63,937 nt of DNA from a virus (lineage: Duplodnaviria; Caudoviricetes), in the IMG/VR virus record IMGVR_UViG_3300037483_000247, positions 1-63,937 of that record. One strand, 5' to 3'. The notes under the pieces were generated by a model that saw only the letters and a program-made list of their open reading frames with translations, was not told the origin of the DNA and did no database searches. Positions 8,513-16,837 of this stretch are shown one piece after another. Positions within the stretch are counted from its first letter, which is position 1. Every line of letters starts with the position of its first letter. The position numbers were made by a program, and so were the translations under genes.

Positions 8513-8763
8513 GCTGCCGCCTGTTCGAGTTTGCGCGCTTTGTTGATTTCGTTTTTCGACCAGCGGTGCGCAATTATCGTCCAAACCTCGGCGTCAAATC
8601 GTGCCGCTATTTCGGCCAGTGCGGCCTGGTGCCGCTGATGTTCGAGACTAAAATCTGCGCGCGCAATCCGCGTATCGGCGCGCAGCGAGTTGCCGAGTTC
8701 AGGCAGGGATTCAGCAACCGCCAGTTTTTCCTCCAGGGTCCAAACTGCTACACGTTTCGTCAT
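8509..8763 (-). CDS. Hypothetical protein
   Basis: SD AGGAG. Confidence 0.6.
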   Translation of the reverse strand: MTKRVAVWTLEEKLAVAESLPELGNSLRADTRIARADFSLEHQRHQAALAEIAARFDAEVWTIIAHRWSKNEINKARKLEQAAA

Positions 8764-8811
8764 CGTGATTGCTCCTATCGGTTAGCGCCAGTCACGGCGC
8801 GGGAGGTGGGG

Positions 8812-9081
8812 CTATTCGCAGGCTTCGGCTTTGCGCTGGCGTTCGTTCGCAGCGGCCATCGCAGCGAGATATTCTGCACGGCCCATGTGCGGGACATTGA
8901 GCAGGGCAGCCGCTTGGCGCTTTTCTAAGTCTGAATCATGCCGGTTGCGCATCCCATGCTGAAAGCCGGCCTGATAGCGTTCGAGCGTGCCGCCTCGACG
9001 CGCGCCAGGCTTGTAGCCATTCGTGCCGAAACCAGACGCCCCGTGTTCGTACCCTATTTCGTAAGCATGGTTTTTCATCAT
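8812..9081 (-). CDS. Hypothetical protein (AY..GY..G...Y..GF..G, Rmf-like motif)
   Basis: SD GAGG. Confidence 0.55.
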   Translation of the reverse strand: MMKNHAYEIGYEHGASGFGTNGYKPGARRGGTLERYQAGFQHGMRNRHDSDLEKRQAAALLNVPHMGRAEYLAAMAAANERQRKAEACE

Positions 9082-9143
9082 ATCCTCATTCGGTTATCGG
9101 GCATAGCCGCCCGCACTGCCCCCAAGAGGGGCAGGACGTGGAG

Positions 9144-9362
9144 CTAGGAGCGATGTTCGTGGGCGCCGGCCGCACTGGCGCCGCACGGGCATAGCTCAGT
9201 AGGGTTCGCGCGCTGAACAAACTCGGCGCCGGACGCGTGATAAATATCCGCAGAGCAAGCGATGATATCGCCGGCCGCGCGATCTTGAAACGCTAGATTG
9301 GCATAGCACCCGCAGACATCGGCGCGGATTTTGGCCCCATTGCGATAAAAGCTAATTTGCAT
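9144..9362 (-). CDS. Hypothetical protein
   Basis: SD GAGGAG. Confidence 0.5.
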   Translation of the reverse strand: MQISFYRNGAKIRADVCGCYANLAFQDRAAGDIIACSADIYHASGAEFVQRANPTELCPCGASAAGAHEHRS

Positions 9363-9438
9363 TTTCAACTCCTCAGTTTGCCAACATCCGGCTGGCGCGG
9401 CTTTCTACCTCCCCCGCGCGAGCAGGGGAGGGGGAAAG

Positions 9439-9630
9439 TTAGGCTATGTCGATCCAGCATCCGGTAAACATGCCATGCCGCGCGATCTGTTGCCGATACC
9501 ATGCCGCGCCGAGATGCTTAACGATAGTGGTTTCAGACTCCCAGTTCCGGTATCCGCTGGCATCTTCCAGCCATGCTCCGCCAGGAATCGCGTAGGTAAA
9601 GCAGAATTTTTTGATCGTTTGCCAATTCAT
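9439..9630 (-). CDS. Hypothetical protein
   Basis: SD AAGGAG. Confidence 0.55.
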   Translation of the reverse strand: MNWQTIKKFCFTYAIPGGAWLEDASGYRNWESETTIVKHLGAAWYRQQIARHGMFTGCWIDIA

Positions 9631-9655
9631 CTCATTCTCCTTATGTGTGCCAAGA

Positions 9656-9841
9656 TTAGCGGACTTCGGCGACGGTGCGCGAGTCGCTGACTCTTTCTAC
9701 GGTCACGCCGTAAGCCGGCTGTAGCTCCTGGTTCATTTCGCGGGCGGCTGCTAGGGCGTCGGCGCGCGTGCCGATCACAACGCGCGTGCCCTTGACGGAG
9801 ATCATGCGGTATTCAGTGCTGCGGTTCGGATGGTTTGTCAT
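9656..9841 (-). CDS. Hypothetical protein (MTNHPNRS N-terminus)
   Basis: SD AGGAG. Confidence 0.6.
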   Translation of the reverse strand: MTNHPNRSTEYRMISVKGTRVVIGTRADALAAAREMNQELQPAYGVTVERVSDSRTVAEVR

Positions 9842-9895
9842 TTTCAACTCCTAGTGCCCCTGTCCCCGGGGCTCGGTTGCCGCGAGGGCGGCGGA

Positions 9896-10363
9896 TTAAA
9901 CTGCCGGCACGAATCCCGCATGCCGGAACACATTGACTTTTCGCACCGACCCATCCGGCGCGGTCTGCTCCGTGCTCTCGCGCACGGAGAATGCATAGAC
10001 GGCGCCGATCCCCTGGGTATCGAGTGCCTCTTCTAGCGCGCTCATGAGATAGGGCGCGCCACCTATCATCGCGGACAGATCACCTACTTTCCGGTGCATC
10101 GCAGCGCGATCGTGGTCGGCGGCCGTCGAGCGTCGATAGACAGGTTCCGAGCTATCGGCTTGTAGGCCGAGGCCAGGGCCGATCAGGATCGATGCCGCCA
10201 GGTCGGCGACATCTACCGCGCGTCGGGTAATTTCCTCCCGCGACGGGAGGTCCTCGAAGGTGAGCGCTGCCGTGAGCCGGTCGCGCTCTTCTCCGGTCAG
10301 GTCCACTACGCTGGCAGCGCGCTGCTCAGCGCTGGCCGGGTGTTGGGTCAGATTCAGTATCAT
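9896..10363 (-). CDS. Conserved phage protein resembling Csx15/Csx20 CARF-like ring nucleases
   Basis: N-terminal ILNLTQHP...EQ and C-terminal VYAFS.RES.E...DGSVRK..VFRH.GF. Confidence 0.5.
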   Translation of the reverse strand: MILNLTQHPASAEQRAASVVDLTGEERDRLTAALTFEDLPSREEITRRAVDVADLAASILIGPGLGLQADSSEPVYRRSTAADHDRAAMHRKVGDLSAMIGGAPYLMSALEEALDTQGIGAVYAFSVRESTEQTAPDGSVRKVNVFRHAGFVPAV

Positions 10364-10364
10364 T

Positions 10365-11144
10365 TTAGCTCCTGAGTGCCGCCAAGGCGGCGAATGGGGA
10401 CTGCGGCTCGACCGGAGCCGCGACGGTGCGCGCTATTTTGCGCGCCTGTTTGGCAGCCCGAGCAATTTCTATCTCGGACTGCTCGCGCGCGGCGAGCGTA
10501 TCCGCCCACCACCAGGCGTCGGCGTGATCCGCGCGCTCAGACGGCGACGGGAGCCACTGTTCCGAGCGCATCGATTCGTACGGCGCGATCTCTACGCCGT
10601 TTGCGTCGTGGAGTGCCGCGCCTGCGGGCACAGGCACGATACTACCATCTGCGAGCAGCATCTGCTGCGGGCCACTCCATCCATGCCAGCACAGTGATGC
10701 TGCGCGGGTCTGGATCACTCGCCCATCGGGGGCGACGAGGGCCGAGCCCTCCTGCAGGGTGTGATACTGCCGGAGATTGGCCGCCTCGCGCTGGTGCGCG
10801 ATGGCATCCGCCTCGACTTTCAGGCGGCGCGATTGCTTTTCCGCCTCGGCCGGATTGCTCGCACAGAGCAACCAGAATCGGTATTTCCCGGCGCTGCCAA
10901 CACGCCGGGCTACCAGCGGCATGCCGGCCGCCACAGCGGCAGCGAGCACCGTTGCCGCCCATGCGGGGTTTCCCCGCGCGAGGACATCGTAGCGACTGCT
11001 GGTTACGCAGTCGCATCCATATCCTCCGCCGGAATCGGCGTGGAATCCGCGGCCAGGCCAGACCGTTTCCGGCTGGCCAGAGAAGGGGATAAATTTCGCC
11101 GGGCGCTGCCGCTCGGTGTAATTCCCCATCCACCCGTAGCTCAT
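10365..11144 (-). CDS. Hypothetical protein
   Basis: 259 aa, SD AGGAG. Confidence 0.65.
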   Translation of the reverse strand: MSYGWMGNYTERQRPAKFIPFSGQPETVWPGRGFHADSGGGYGCDCVTSSRYDVLARGNPAWAATVLAAAVAAGMPLVARRVGSAGKYRFWLLCASNPAEAEKQSRRLKVEADAIAHQREAANLRQYHTLQEGSALVAPDGRVIQTRAASLCWHGWSGPQQMLLADGSIVPVPAGAALHDANGVEIAPYESMRSEQWLPSPSERADHADAWWWADTLAAREQSEIEIARAAKQARKIARTVAAPVEPQSPFAALAALRS

Positions 11145-11145
11145 C

Positions 11146-11376
11146 TCATTCTCCTATTTTAGTCAGGCGCGCCGCTTCAGGCGCAAATGTTTTCGTGTCA
11201 GGGTACGGCCACGGGGTCGGGATTTTATCAACCAGGACCGCAGCATAGTCCTCGACAGTGTAGGGTCCATCCTCATTCCGGTCGGAATAACCGGGGTAGA
11301 GTTTCGTCACGCGCCCAGTTCCGGCGCCGATGACAATATTTGCTTTCCACGAAACGTGGTCGCCAATTTTTATCAT
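11146..11376 (-). CDS. Small SH3/KOW-like beta protein
   Basis: IKIGDHV...GTGRV pattern. Confidence 0.55.
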   Translation of the reverse strand: MIKIGDHVSWKANIVIGAGTGRVTKLYPGYSDRNEDGPYTVEDYAAVLVDKIPTPWPYPDTKTFAPEAARLTKIGE

Positions 11377-11377
11377 C

Positions 11378-11815
11378 TCATTCTCCCGCGCCACCATGGC
11401 GCATTACGTTCGCGGCCGATCCGCGCCGCGCGATCAATTGTTTGGCCGCCGCCATGTCGAGCGGCCGCTTGCTCGTCTCGCGCACATGCGCGAGGATCGT
11501 CGCGCTCTCAACACCGTGGTCGATATAATTGGCGACGGCGATCGCAAATTTGCCAATGCTGCGCGCGCCGCGTGAGTCATTACACCGCTTGCAGGCGGTC
11601 ACAAGGTTGCGCTCGGAGTTCGAGCCGCCCCGGCTGTGCGGGACCAGGTGATCGAGGGAGAGGATCGTCGACCCGTCCTCGATGCTGGCGCCACACCATG
11701 CGCACGCACACCCGTCGCGCAGGTAGATCGCCAGACGTTTTTCCTGGCGGATCCAATTCATTCCCTGCCAATTTCCATTGGCGCGGGCGTTGCGGGATTT
11801 GTTTTTCGAGTTCAT
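11378..11815 (-). CDS. HNH endonuclease-family protein, first gene of the leftward early block (leaderless start)
   Basis: RDG..C.WCG, DHLVPHSRGGSN...NLVTACKRCN. Confidence 0.85.
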   Translation of the reverse strand: MNSKNKSRNARANGNWQGMNWIRQEKRLAIYLRDGCACAWCGASIEDGSTILSLDHLVPHSRGGSNSERNLVTACKRCNDSRGARSIGKFAIAVANYIDHGVESATILAHVRETSKRPLDMAAAKQLIARRGSAANVMRHGGAGE

Positions 11816-11821
11816 GGTGCC

Positions 11822-11850
11822 ATTATGGCATAACGCTATAGCGCTGTCAA
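11822..11850 (-). promoter_or_regulatory. Strong leftward sigma70 promoter with operator-like palindromes
   Basis: TTGACA-17-CATAAT preceded by TG; ATG follows after 6 nt; upstream palindrome CTTGATCTAGGTCAAG. Confidence 0.75.
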
Positions 11851-11883
11851 GTTTATTTACTTGATCTAGGTCAAGAAAACGAG

Positions 11884-12057
11884 CTATTTTTGAGGGTCTG
11901 AAAGAGCCGTGTTTTCTAAGGCTTTTTTGGCCTGGCACGCCCGCCAGATCGTGGTGTAGGCTATACCTGCCCTGATCGCGGCCTGGTGCATATTGATTCC
12001 GCGTGCGACCATGCGCAGGGCTTTTTCGGTTGCTGAGGATTGTCTGGCACCCATCAT
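11884..12057 (-). CDS. Small HTH regulator
   Basis: MHQAAIRAGIAYTTIWRA HTH; SD GGAG. Confidence 0.7.
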   Translation of the reverse strand: MMGARQSSATEKALRMVARGINMHQAAIRAGIAYTTIWRACQAKKALENTALSDPQK

Positions 12058-12083
12058 TTTTCTCCGAATTTTATGCAATTGAT

Positions 12084-12112
12084 AATATAGCGTAATGCAT
12101 TTGTGTTGTCAA
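12084..12112 (-). promoter_or_regulatory. Leftward sigma70 promoter of the HTH gene
   Basis: TTGACA-17-TATATT. Confidence 0.75.
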
Positions 12113-12130
12113 CCCCTACCTCGATGCGTC

Positions 12131-12159
12131 TTGACACCCCGCGCGCAAGGGCTCAGGAT
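12131..12159 (+). promoter_or_regulatory. Rightward promoter of the replication operon
   Basis: TTGACA-17-CAGGAT. Confidence 0.5.
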
Positions 12160-12195
12160 GCCGCTATCGCGTGCCGCCCGGTGCGCGTGTTGAAA

Positions 12196-12336
12196 CTGCT
12201 GTAAGAGGCAGAATGACGATATGTTGAATCGTTCCATGCTCGCCCTACCATCAGCGCCTGTAAGCGCGGTCTCCCTGCGCCTATCGTCGGCACTCTTACC
12301 TGATGTGAATTCGGGCGAGCTTGAAAGGATTTAACG
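12196..12336 (+). ncRNA. C4-like antisense riboregulator module A
   Basis: Upstream GTAAGAG and GACGATA are complementary to internal TATCGTC and CTCTTAC; stems GCTCGCCC/GGGCGAGC and CATCAG/CTGATG. Confidence 0.7.
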
Positions 12337-13092
12337 ATGAGCACTATTCTTGTCAAATACGAAGCCGCTCGTTATGCGCTTCAAATCGCATCGAAGATTG
12401 ATGAGGTCAAGGATATCCGCGACAAGGCTTTGGCAATGGCCGCTTACGCTCGACAAGCCAAAGATGATGACTTGATAAATTGGGCGACCGCATTAAAACT
12501 TCGCGCCGAACGTCGGGCCGGGGAGATGTTGGCGGAGTCCGAAATGAATAAAGGGGGACGTCCAAAAGAAACCGCTAACACAGCGATAGCGGTTTCCATT
12601 CCTACGCTTTCAGAACTAGGCTTATCCGATAAACAATCTTCGGATTTTCAAGCGATTGCAGCAATTCCTGAAGCAAAATTCGATAAGGCTGTCGCCAGCG
12701 GAAAAGCGACAACTGCATCATTGGTTAGATCGAGTCCGAACAAAAAAACTAAACCAGCGCCGAAAGAAAAATCCGCGCCAAAATCCAAACCAGAACCCGT
12801 CGAAGATTTAGGCGACACCATGGTGAAGGAATTGGAAGCGAACGACAAGACCATCCGCGATCAGCAGGAGTTGATCGAATCGCTCAACAAGTCCGATCTT
12901 GGTGCGGAAGTTGAAAAATGGAAGCTCAAATTCGACAAGCTCGAAGGCCGTTTGCAGCAATGTGTTACCACCAAAAATGAGGCCGAACGACAAGCCAAGT
13001 ATTCGACCGGACTGTTAGCCAAAATCCGCAAGGCATTGCGTATAGAAAAGAATTCCGAGATTCTCGAAGCGATAAGCGATCTTCGCAAATAA
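12337..13092 (+). CDS. Phage protein with a DEVKDIRDKA.A...YARQA N-terminal domain and a C-terminal coiled coil
   Basis: Recognisable phage N-terminal domain that is often fused to MTases; no MTase motifs here. Confidence 0.7.
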   Translation: MSTILVKYEAARYALQIASKIDEVKDIRDKALAMAAYARQAKDDDLINWATALKLRAERRAGEMLAESEMNKGGRPKETANTAIAVSIPTLSELGLSDKQSSDFQAIAAIPEAKFDKAVASGKATTASLVRSSPNKKTKPAPKEKSAPKSKPEPVEDLGDTMVKELEANDKTIRDQQELIESLNKSDLGAEVEKWKLKFDKLEGRLQQCVTTKNEAERQAKYSTGLLAKIRKALRIEKNSEILEAISDLRK

Positions 13093-13138
13093 TCACAGCA
13101 TCGGCCTGACGCCGAGATGGAAAAATGATATTATCTTT

Positions 13139-13232
13139 GGGCGAAACGGATAGGGTAGCTCCCGAAAAGCTGATTCATCACCAGCCTTCCGCAGTAGCCC
13201 TTTCAGTGATGACTAGCCTTGATGGAGGCGTT
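13139..13232 (+). promoter_or_regulatory. Structured leader RNA upstream of the HNH gene
   Basis: Stems GGGC/GCCC, CGGA/TCCG, GGG/CCC and GCTG/CAGC; loop TCATCAC complementary to GTGATGA and to TGATG next to the SD. Confidence 0.55.
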
Positions 13233-13766
13233 ATGCGTATTTGCTCTATAGATGGTTGCGACAAGAAACTATATGCTGCTGGCTATTGCCACACGCATCA
13301 CAGACGTATCATCGGAATAAAATATCAGTGCAGCGTGCCTGGTTGTAATGGGCGTTTTGATGCTCACGGTTTATGCACAAAGCACTATCAACGATTCCGT
13401 TTATACGGGACGCTTGATCTTCCATATCGGCCCGTAGTTCCTCTGATTGACAGGTTGCGTGCATTACTAGAGGTTACTGCATCCGGCTGTTGGGAATTTC
13501 AAGGCAATCGCAACAAAGGCGGGTATGGTCGTATTGGCGAGGGAAGGGAAAATGTTTTCCTTGCTCATCGAGTTGCATATCATTATCTCGTTACACCAAT
13601 AGATGAGTCTGTCGATGTATTGCATCGATGCGACAATCCGCCGTGTTGCAATCCTGATCATCTTTTCCTTGGATCACAATCTGACAATGCAAAGGATATG
13701 TGGGCCAAGGGTCGTGGAGTAAACCCGCCGATTAAAAAAACGAAGGTGCATCATGGCGACGCTTGA
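13233..13766 (+). CDS. HNH homing endonuclease (HNH_3 type) with N-terminal Zn repeats
   Basis: CS..GC...A.G.C..HY twice; CWEF.G...GYG; AHRVAY; LHRCDNPPCCNPDHL. Confidence 0.9.
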   Translation: MRICSIDGCDKKLYAAGYCHTHHRRIIGIKYQCSVPGCNGRFDAHGLCTKHYQRFRLYGTLDLPYRPVVPLIDRLRALLEVTASGCWEFQGNRNKGGYGRIGEGRENVFLAHRVAYHYLVTPIDESVDVLHRCDNPPCCNPDHLFLGSQSDNAKDMWAKGRGVNPPIKKTKVHHGDA

Positions 13767-15234
13767 GCTTCGCCCGCTTCAATCCGCTGCAATCGCCGCC
13801 GTATCCGAAGCGTTCAAGGCAGGTTACAAGAATGTGATGGTACAGGCTCCTTGCGGGTTCGGAAAAACGGAACTGGCAACCGCAATGTTGCTTGCTGCTG
13901 ACGAAAACATGAAACGGGCTGCCTTCATCTGTGACCGACTTTCGTTGATACATCAAACTGAAGAACGTTTCGACAAATACGGTTTGAAGTTCGGCGTGTC
14001 ACAGGCAAATCATTGGAGGGCGCAGCCGTGGCAGCGCATTCAATTGTGCAGCGTTCAGACCCTGAATAAACGACGTTGGCCGGAAGCCTCGCTCTACATG
14101 ATAGACGAAGCGCATGTTTTGCATGGGTCTGTTAAAAAGCAATTGGAAAAGCGGGAGTGTTATTCGGTTGGACTATCGGGAACTCCTACTACGCGCGGAC
14201 TCGGGAAGTATTTCGATGTCGTGGTAAACGCCGCGACCACGAATCAACTGATCGCTGACGGCCTGCTTTCACCGTATCGCATCTTTGCCGCATCCGAGCC
14301 GATGATGGACGGCGTGAAGATCATCAAGGGGGAATACGAAGAACACGAAACGGAAAAGCGTGTCCTGCCGATTGTTGGCGATGTGGTGACGGAATATCTC
14401 AAGCACGGCAACGATCAGAAGTTTATTTGCTTTGCCGTAAATGTTGCCCATGCCGAAGAAATACAAAAGCAGTTTCTCGCCGCCGGAATTATTGTAGAGC
14501 TTTACACCTATCTACAGAAGGATGCCGAGCGGCAAATATCGGTTACCGAGTTTCGCAAGCCCGATAGTTACATTCGAGGAATGATAAGCATCGAGGCGCT
14601 CACTCGCGGGTTTGATATAGCTGATATTGGCGTATTGATTTTAGCGCGGCCGTTGCGTTCGTCATTGGCTGTTCATCTTCAAATGTTCGGGCGCGTGTTG
14701 CGAACCGCAGAAGGCAAGACGCAGGCGACGGTGCTTTGTCATAGCGGAAATTGCATACGATTCTGGCATGACCAAAATGATTTCTTTGAAAATGGCATTT
14801 CAAAATTGGATGATGGCAAGCGCAAGGAAAAAAAGAAGCCGGAGAAAAAAGAAAAGAAGCCGATCAAGTGCCCCAAATGTTTTGCTGTCCACCCGCCAGC
14901 GCCGTCATGTCCGCAGTGCGGATTCATCTATCCAAAATATTCCAACGTCGAGCATCAAGCTGGTGAGTTGAAGGAACTAGCCGGAGGGCCAGCGGCGACG
15001 CGCGAGGATAAACAAGAGGTCTACTCGATGCTGCTGCATGTGGTGCGTGAGCGTGGCTACAATCCGGGCTGGGTCAATCACAAATTTAGGACTCGATTTG
15101 GCGTGTGGCCGAAGGGACTTGATGAGGTTCCGAAACCGCCAAGCCCGAAACTCATGACATGGCTCCGACACGAACAAATCAAGTGGGTGAAATCCAAACG
15201 ATTCAAAGAGGCTCCAGATGCAAGCGTTCGCTGA
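13753..15234 (+). CDS. SF2 DEAH helicase with C-terminal Zn ribbon
   Basis: APCGFGKT, DEAH, SGTP, QMFGRVLR, CPKC..CPQCG. Confidence 0.9.
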   Translation: MATLELRPLQSAAIAAVSEAFKAGYKNVMVQAPCGFGKTELATAMLLAADENMKRAAFICDRLSLIHQTEERFDKYGLKFGVSQANHWRAQPWQRIQLCSVQTLNKRRWPEASLYMIDEAHVLHGSVKKQLEKRECYSVGLSGTPTTRGLGKYFDVVVNAATTNQLIADGLLSPYRIFAASEPMMDGVKIIKGEYEEHETEKRVLPIVGDVVTEYLKHGNDQKFICFAVNVAHAEEIQKQFLAAGIIVELYTYLQKDAERQISVTEFRKPDSYIRGMISIEALTRGFDIADIGVLILARPLRSSLAVHLQMFGRVLRTAEGKTQATVLCHSGNCIRFWHDQNDFFENGISKLDDGKRKEKKKPEKKEKKPIKCPKCFAVHPPAPSCPQCGFIYPKYSNVEHQAGELKELAGGPAATREDKQEVYSMLLHVVRERGYNPGWVNHKFRTRFGVWPKGLDEVPKPPSPKLMTWLRHEQIKWVKSKRFKEAPDASVR

Positions 15235-16153
15235 GTTCGTACGCAGTGCCGGTCTGCTTGTCGATTACGTCAGCGCCGACGGGAAGTGGCATAGAGTGCC
15301 AACAGAAGATCACCCGAAGCGCAAAAACGGTTCGTACAAGTTGGCGGATGATGGTCTTGTCGGATGGGCGCAGAACTTCGCAATTCACAGCGAGCCGTTG
15401 ACCTGGCGGCCGGAGCGTGAATACCAACCCCCGAAGATTGACGGTGCTGCGGTTGCTCGGAAACGAAATGAGGATCGCCGTGCGCTCGTCAAGGCAACTC
15501 AAGCAGCCCGTGAGTTCTATCTCAGTTGCGAACCGTTGCGAGGCGGGCACCAATATCTTGAGTCTCATTGTCTGACTATGACCGGCTGCTACGGCCTGAA
15601 GCTAGATCCTGATGGCTGGCTCGTGGTTCCGATCAGACTTGACGGAAACCTTTTGAGCGTGCAGCGGATCTCGCCGGAGGGTGAAAAACGATTCTGGCCC
15701 GGCGCGAGCGTCAAGTCAGGTAGTTACCTGATCGAGCGACGTGGAGCACAAATCACGATATTGTGCGAGGGGTTGGCGACAGGGCTTGCGATATTCGCAG
15801 CTGCGCCTGCGACTCGCATCGTGGTCGCATTCAACTCTGGAAATTTGGCCAAGGTGCAGATACCCCGTCGCGGGCTGGTCGTGGTGGCTGCTGACAACGA
15901 TCACCAGACCGCGGAGAGGATAGGGCACAACCCAGGGCTGGACGCTGCCCAAGCCGCTGCTGAAGCCCTTGGTTGTGGTGTTGCCGTGCCGTTCGGCATG
16001 TCGGGATCTGATTGGTGCGATTACCGAAATGACCGTCTGCATTTCATGTGGCAGGGAAAACCGCAGGCACGAGAATCAGAGATCAAACGCGCTGTTGACG
16101 CCGAGATCGCGGCAGCGATTATGAAAAATGCGGTGTTCTTGCGCGGTCATTGA
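15218..16153 (+). CDS. Toprim-domain primase (no fused helicase)
   Basis: CEGLATG, AFNSGNL, AADND, DWCD. Confidence 0.85.
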   Translation: MQAFAEFVRSAGLLVDYVSADGKWHRVPTEDHPKRKNGSYKLADDGLVGWAQNFAIHSEPLTWRPEREYQPPKIDGAAVARKRNEDRRALVKATQAAREFYLSCEPLRGGHQYLESHCLTMTGCYGLKLDPDGWLVVPIRLDGNLLSVQRISPEGEKRFWPGASVKSGSYLIERRGAQITILCEGLATGLAIFAAAPATRIVVAFNSGNLAKVQIPRRGLVVVAADNDHQTAERIGHNPGLDAAQAAAEALGCGVAVPFGMSGSDWCDYRNDRLHFMWQGKPQARESEIKRAVDAEIAAAIMKNAVFLRGH

Positions 16154-16167
16154 AACAGGTATAGAGT
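16139..16167 (+). promoter_or_regulatory. Promoter for module B and the YdaU-like gene
   Basis: TTGCGC-17-TAGAGT. Confidence 0.5.
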
Positions 16168-16175
16168 GTTTACGT

Positions 16176-16313
16176 GGCTGTGACAAGCCTAACGAGGATT
16201 CATGTTGAACCCTGACCGCATCGTCCTTTTCAAAGTCCTTGTAAGCGTGGGCCTCCTGCGCCTTCCTCGGGAATTGTCACCTTTGGAACAGGACGATGCC
16301 GTGAAGGTTTAGC
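16176..16313 (+). ncRNA. C4-like antisense riboregulator module B
   Basis: Upstream GTGACAA and CGAGGA are complementary to internal TCCTCG and TTGTCAC; 10-bp stem GCATCGTCCT/AGGACGATGC. Confidence 0.7.
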
Positions 16314-16837
16314 ATGAGCGCGAAACCATGGATTGCGTGGTATATGGCGGACTATAGAGCCAAGACGATGCACCTATCATTTTGTGAGTCTGAAGCGTAT
16401 CGTCGATTGCTCGAAGCCTATTATTCGAGCGGTGGCCCACTCCCATCGGAACACAATGGATTGTGCAGGCTAGCATCCGCGCAAGACGAGTCTGAACGTG
16501 CTGCTGTCCGGCGAGTTGTTGGTGAATTTTTCACAGAGAACGGAGGACGATTACATCATTCTCGATGCGACGAGGAAATAGAAAAAGCGCAAGCCGCGCA
16601 CGAGCGTTGGGTCGAGGGTGGCCGCAAGGGTGGCTTGAGGTCAGCTAAAGGCAGGCTTAAGCTAGGCTTGAAGGGTGGCTTGAAAAAGGCTTGAAGCCTG
16701 GCTCAAGTAATCCACAACCACAATCACAATCACAAGCACTTTCACAAAAAGGCTCGCCGCAAACCAAAATCTTCAACCCACGTCTCCTAGTAGGTACAGG
16801 AGGAGATGAGACGGAAAACAAGAGACCTCAACGATGA
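16314..16837 (+). CDS. YdaU/DUF1376-family replication protein; stops at 16694 unless read through a -1 shift at G_AAA_AAG (~16682-16688)
   Basis: W...Y.ADY...T.HLS..E..AY..LL..YY motif; the -1 frame continues SNPQPQSQSQ... to TGA 16837. Confidence 0.7.
16632..16735 (+). repeat. Iteron-like GGCT(T/C)RA repeats followed by CACAA repeats; possible origin
   Basis: Copies at 16632, 16654, 16665, 16677, 16688 and 16700. Confidence 0.45.
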
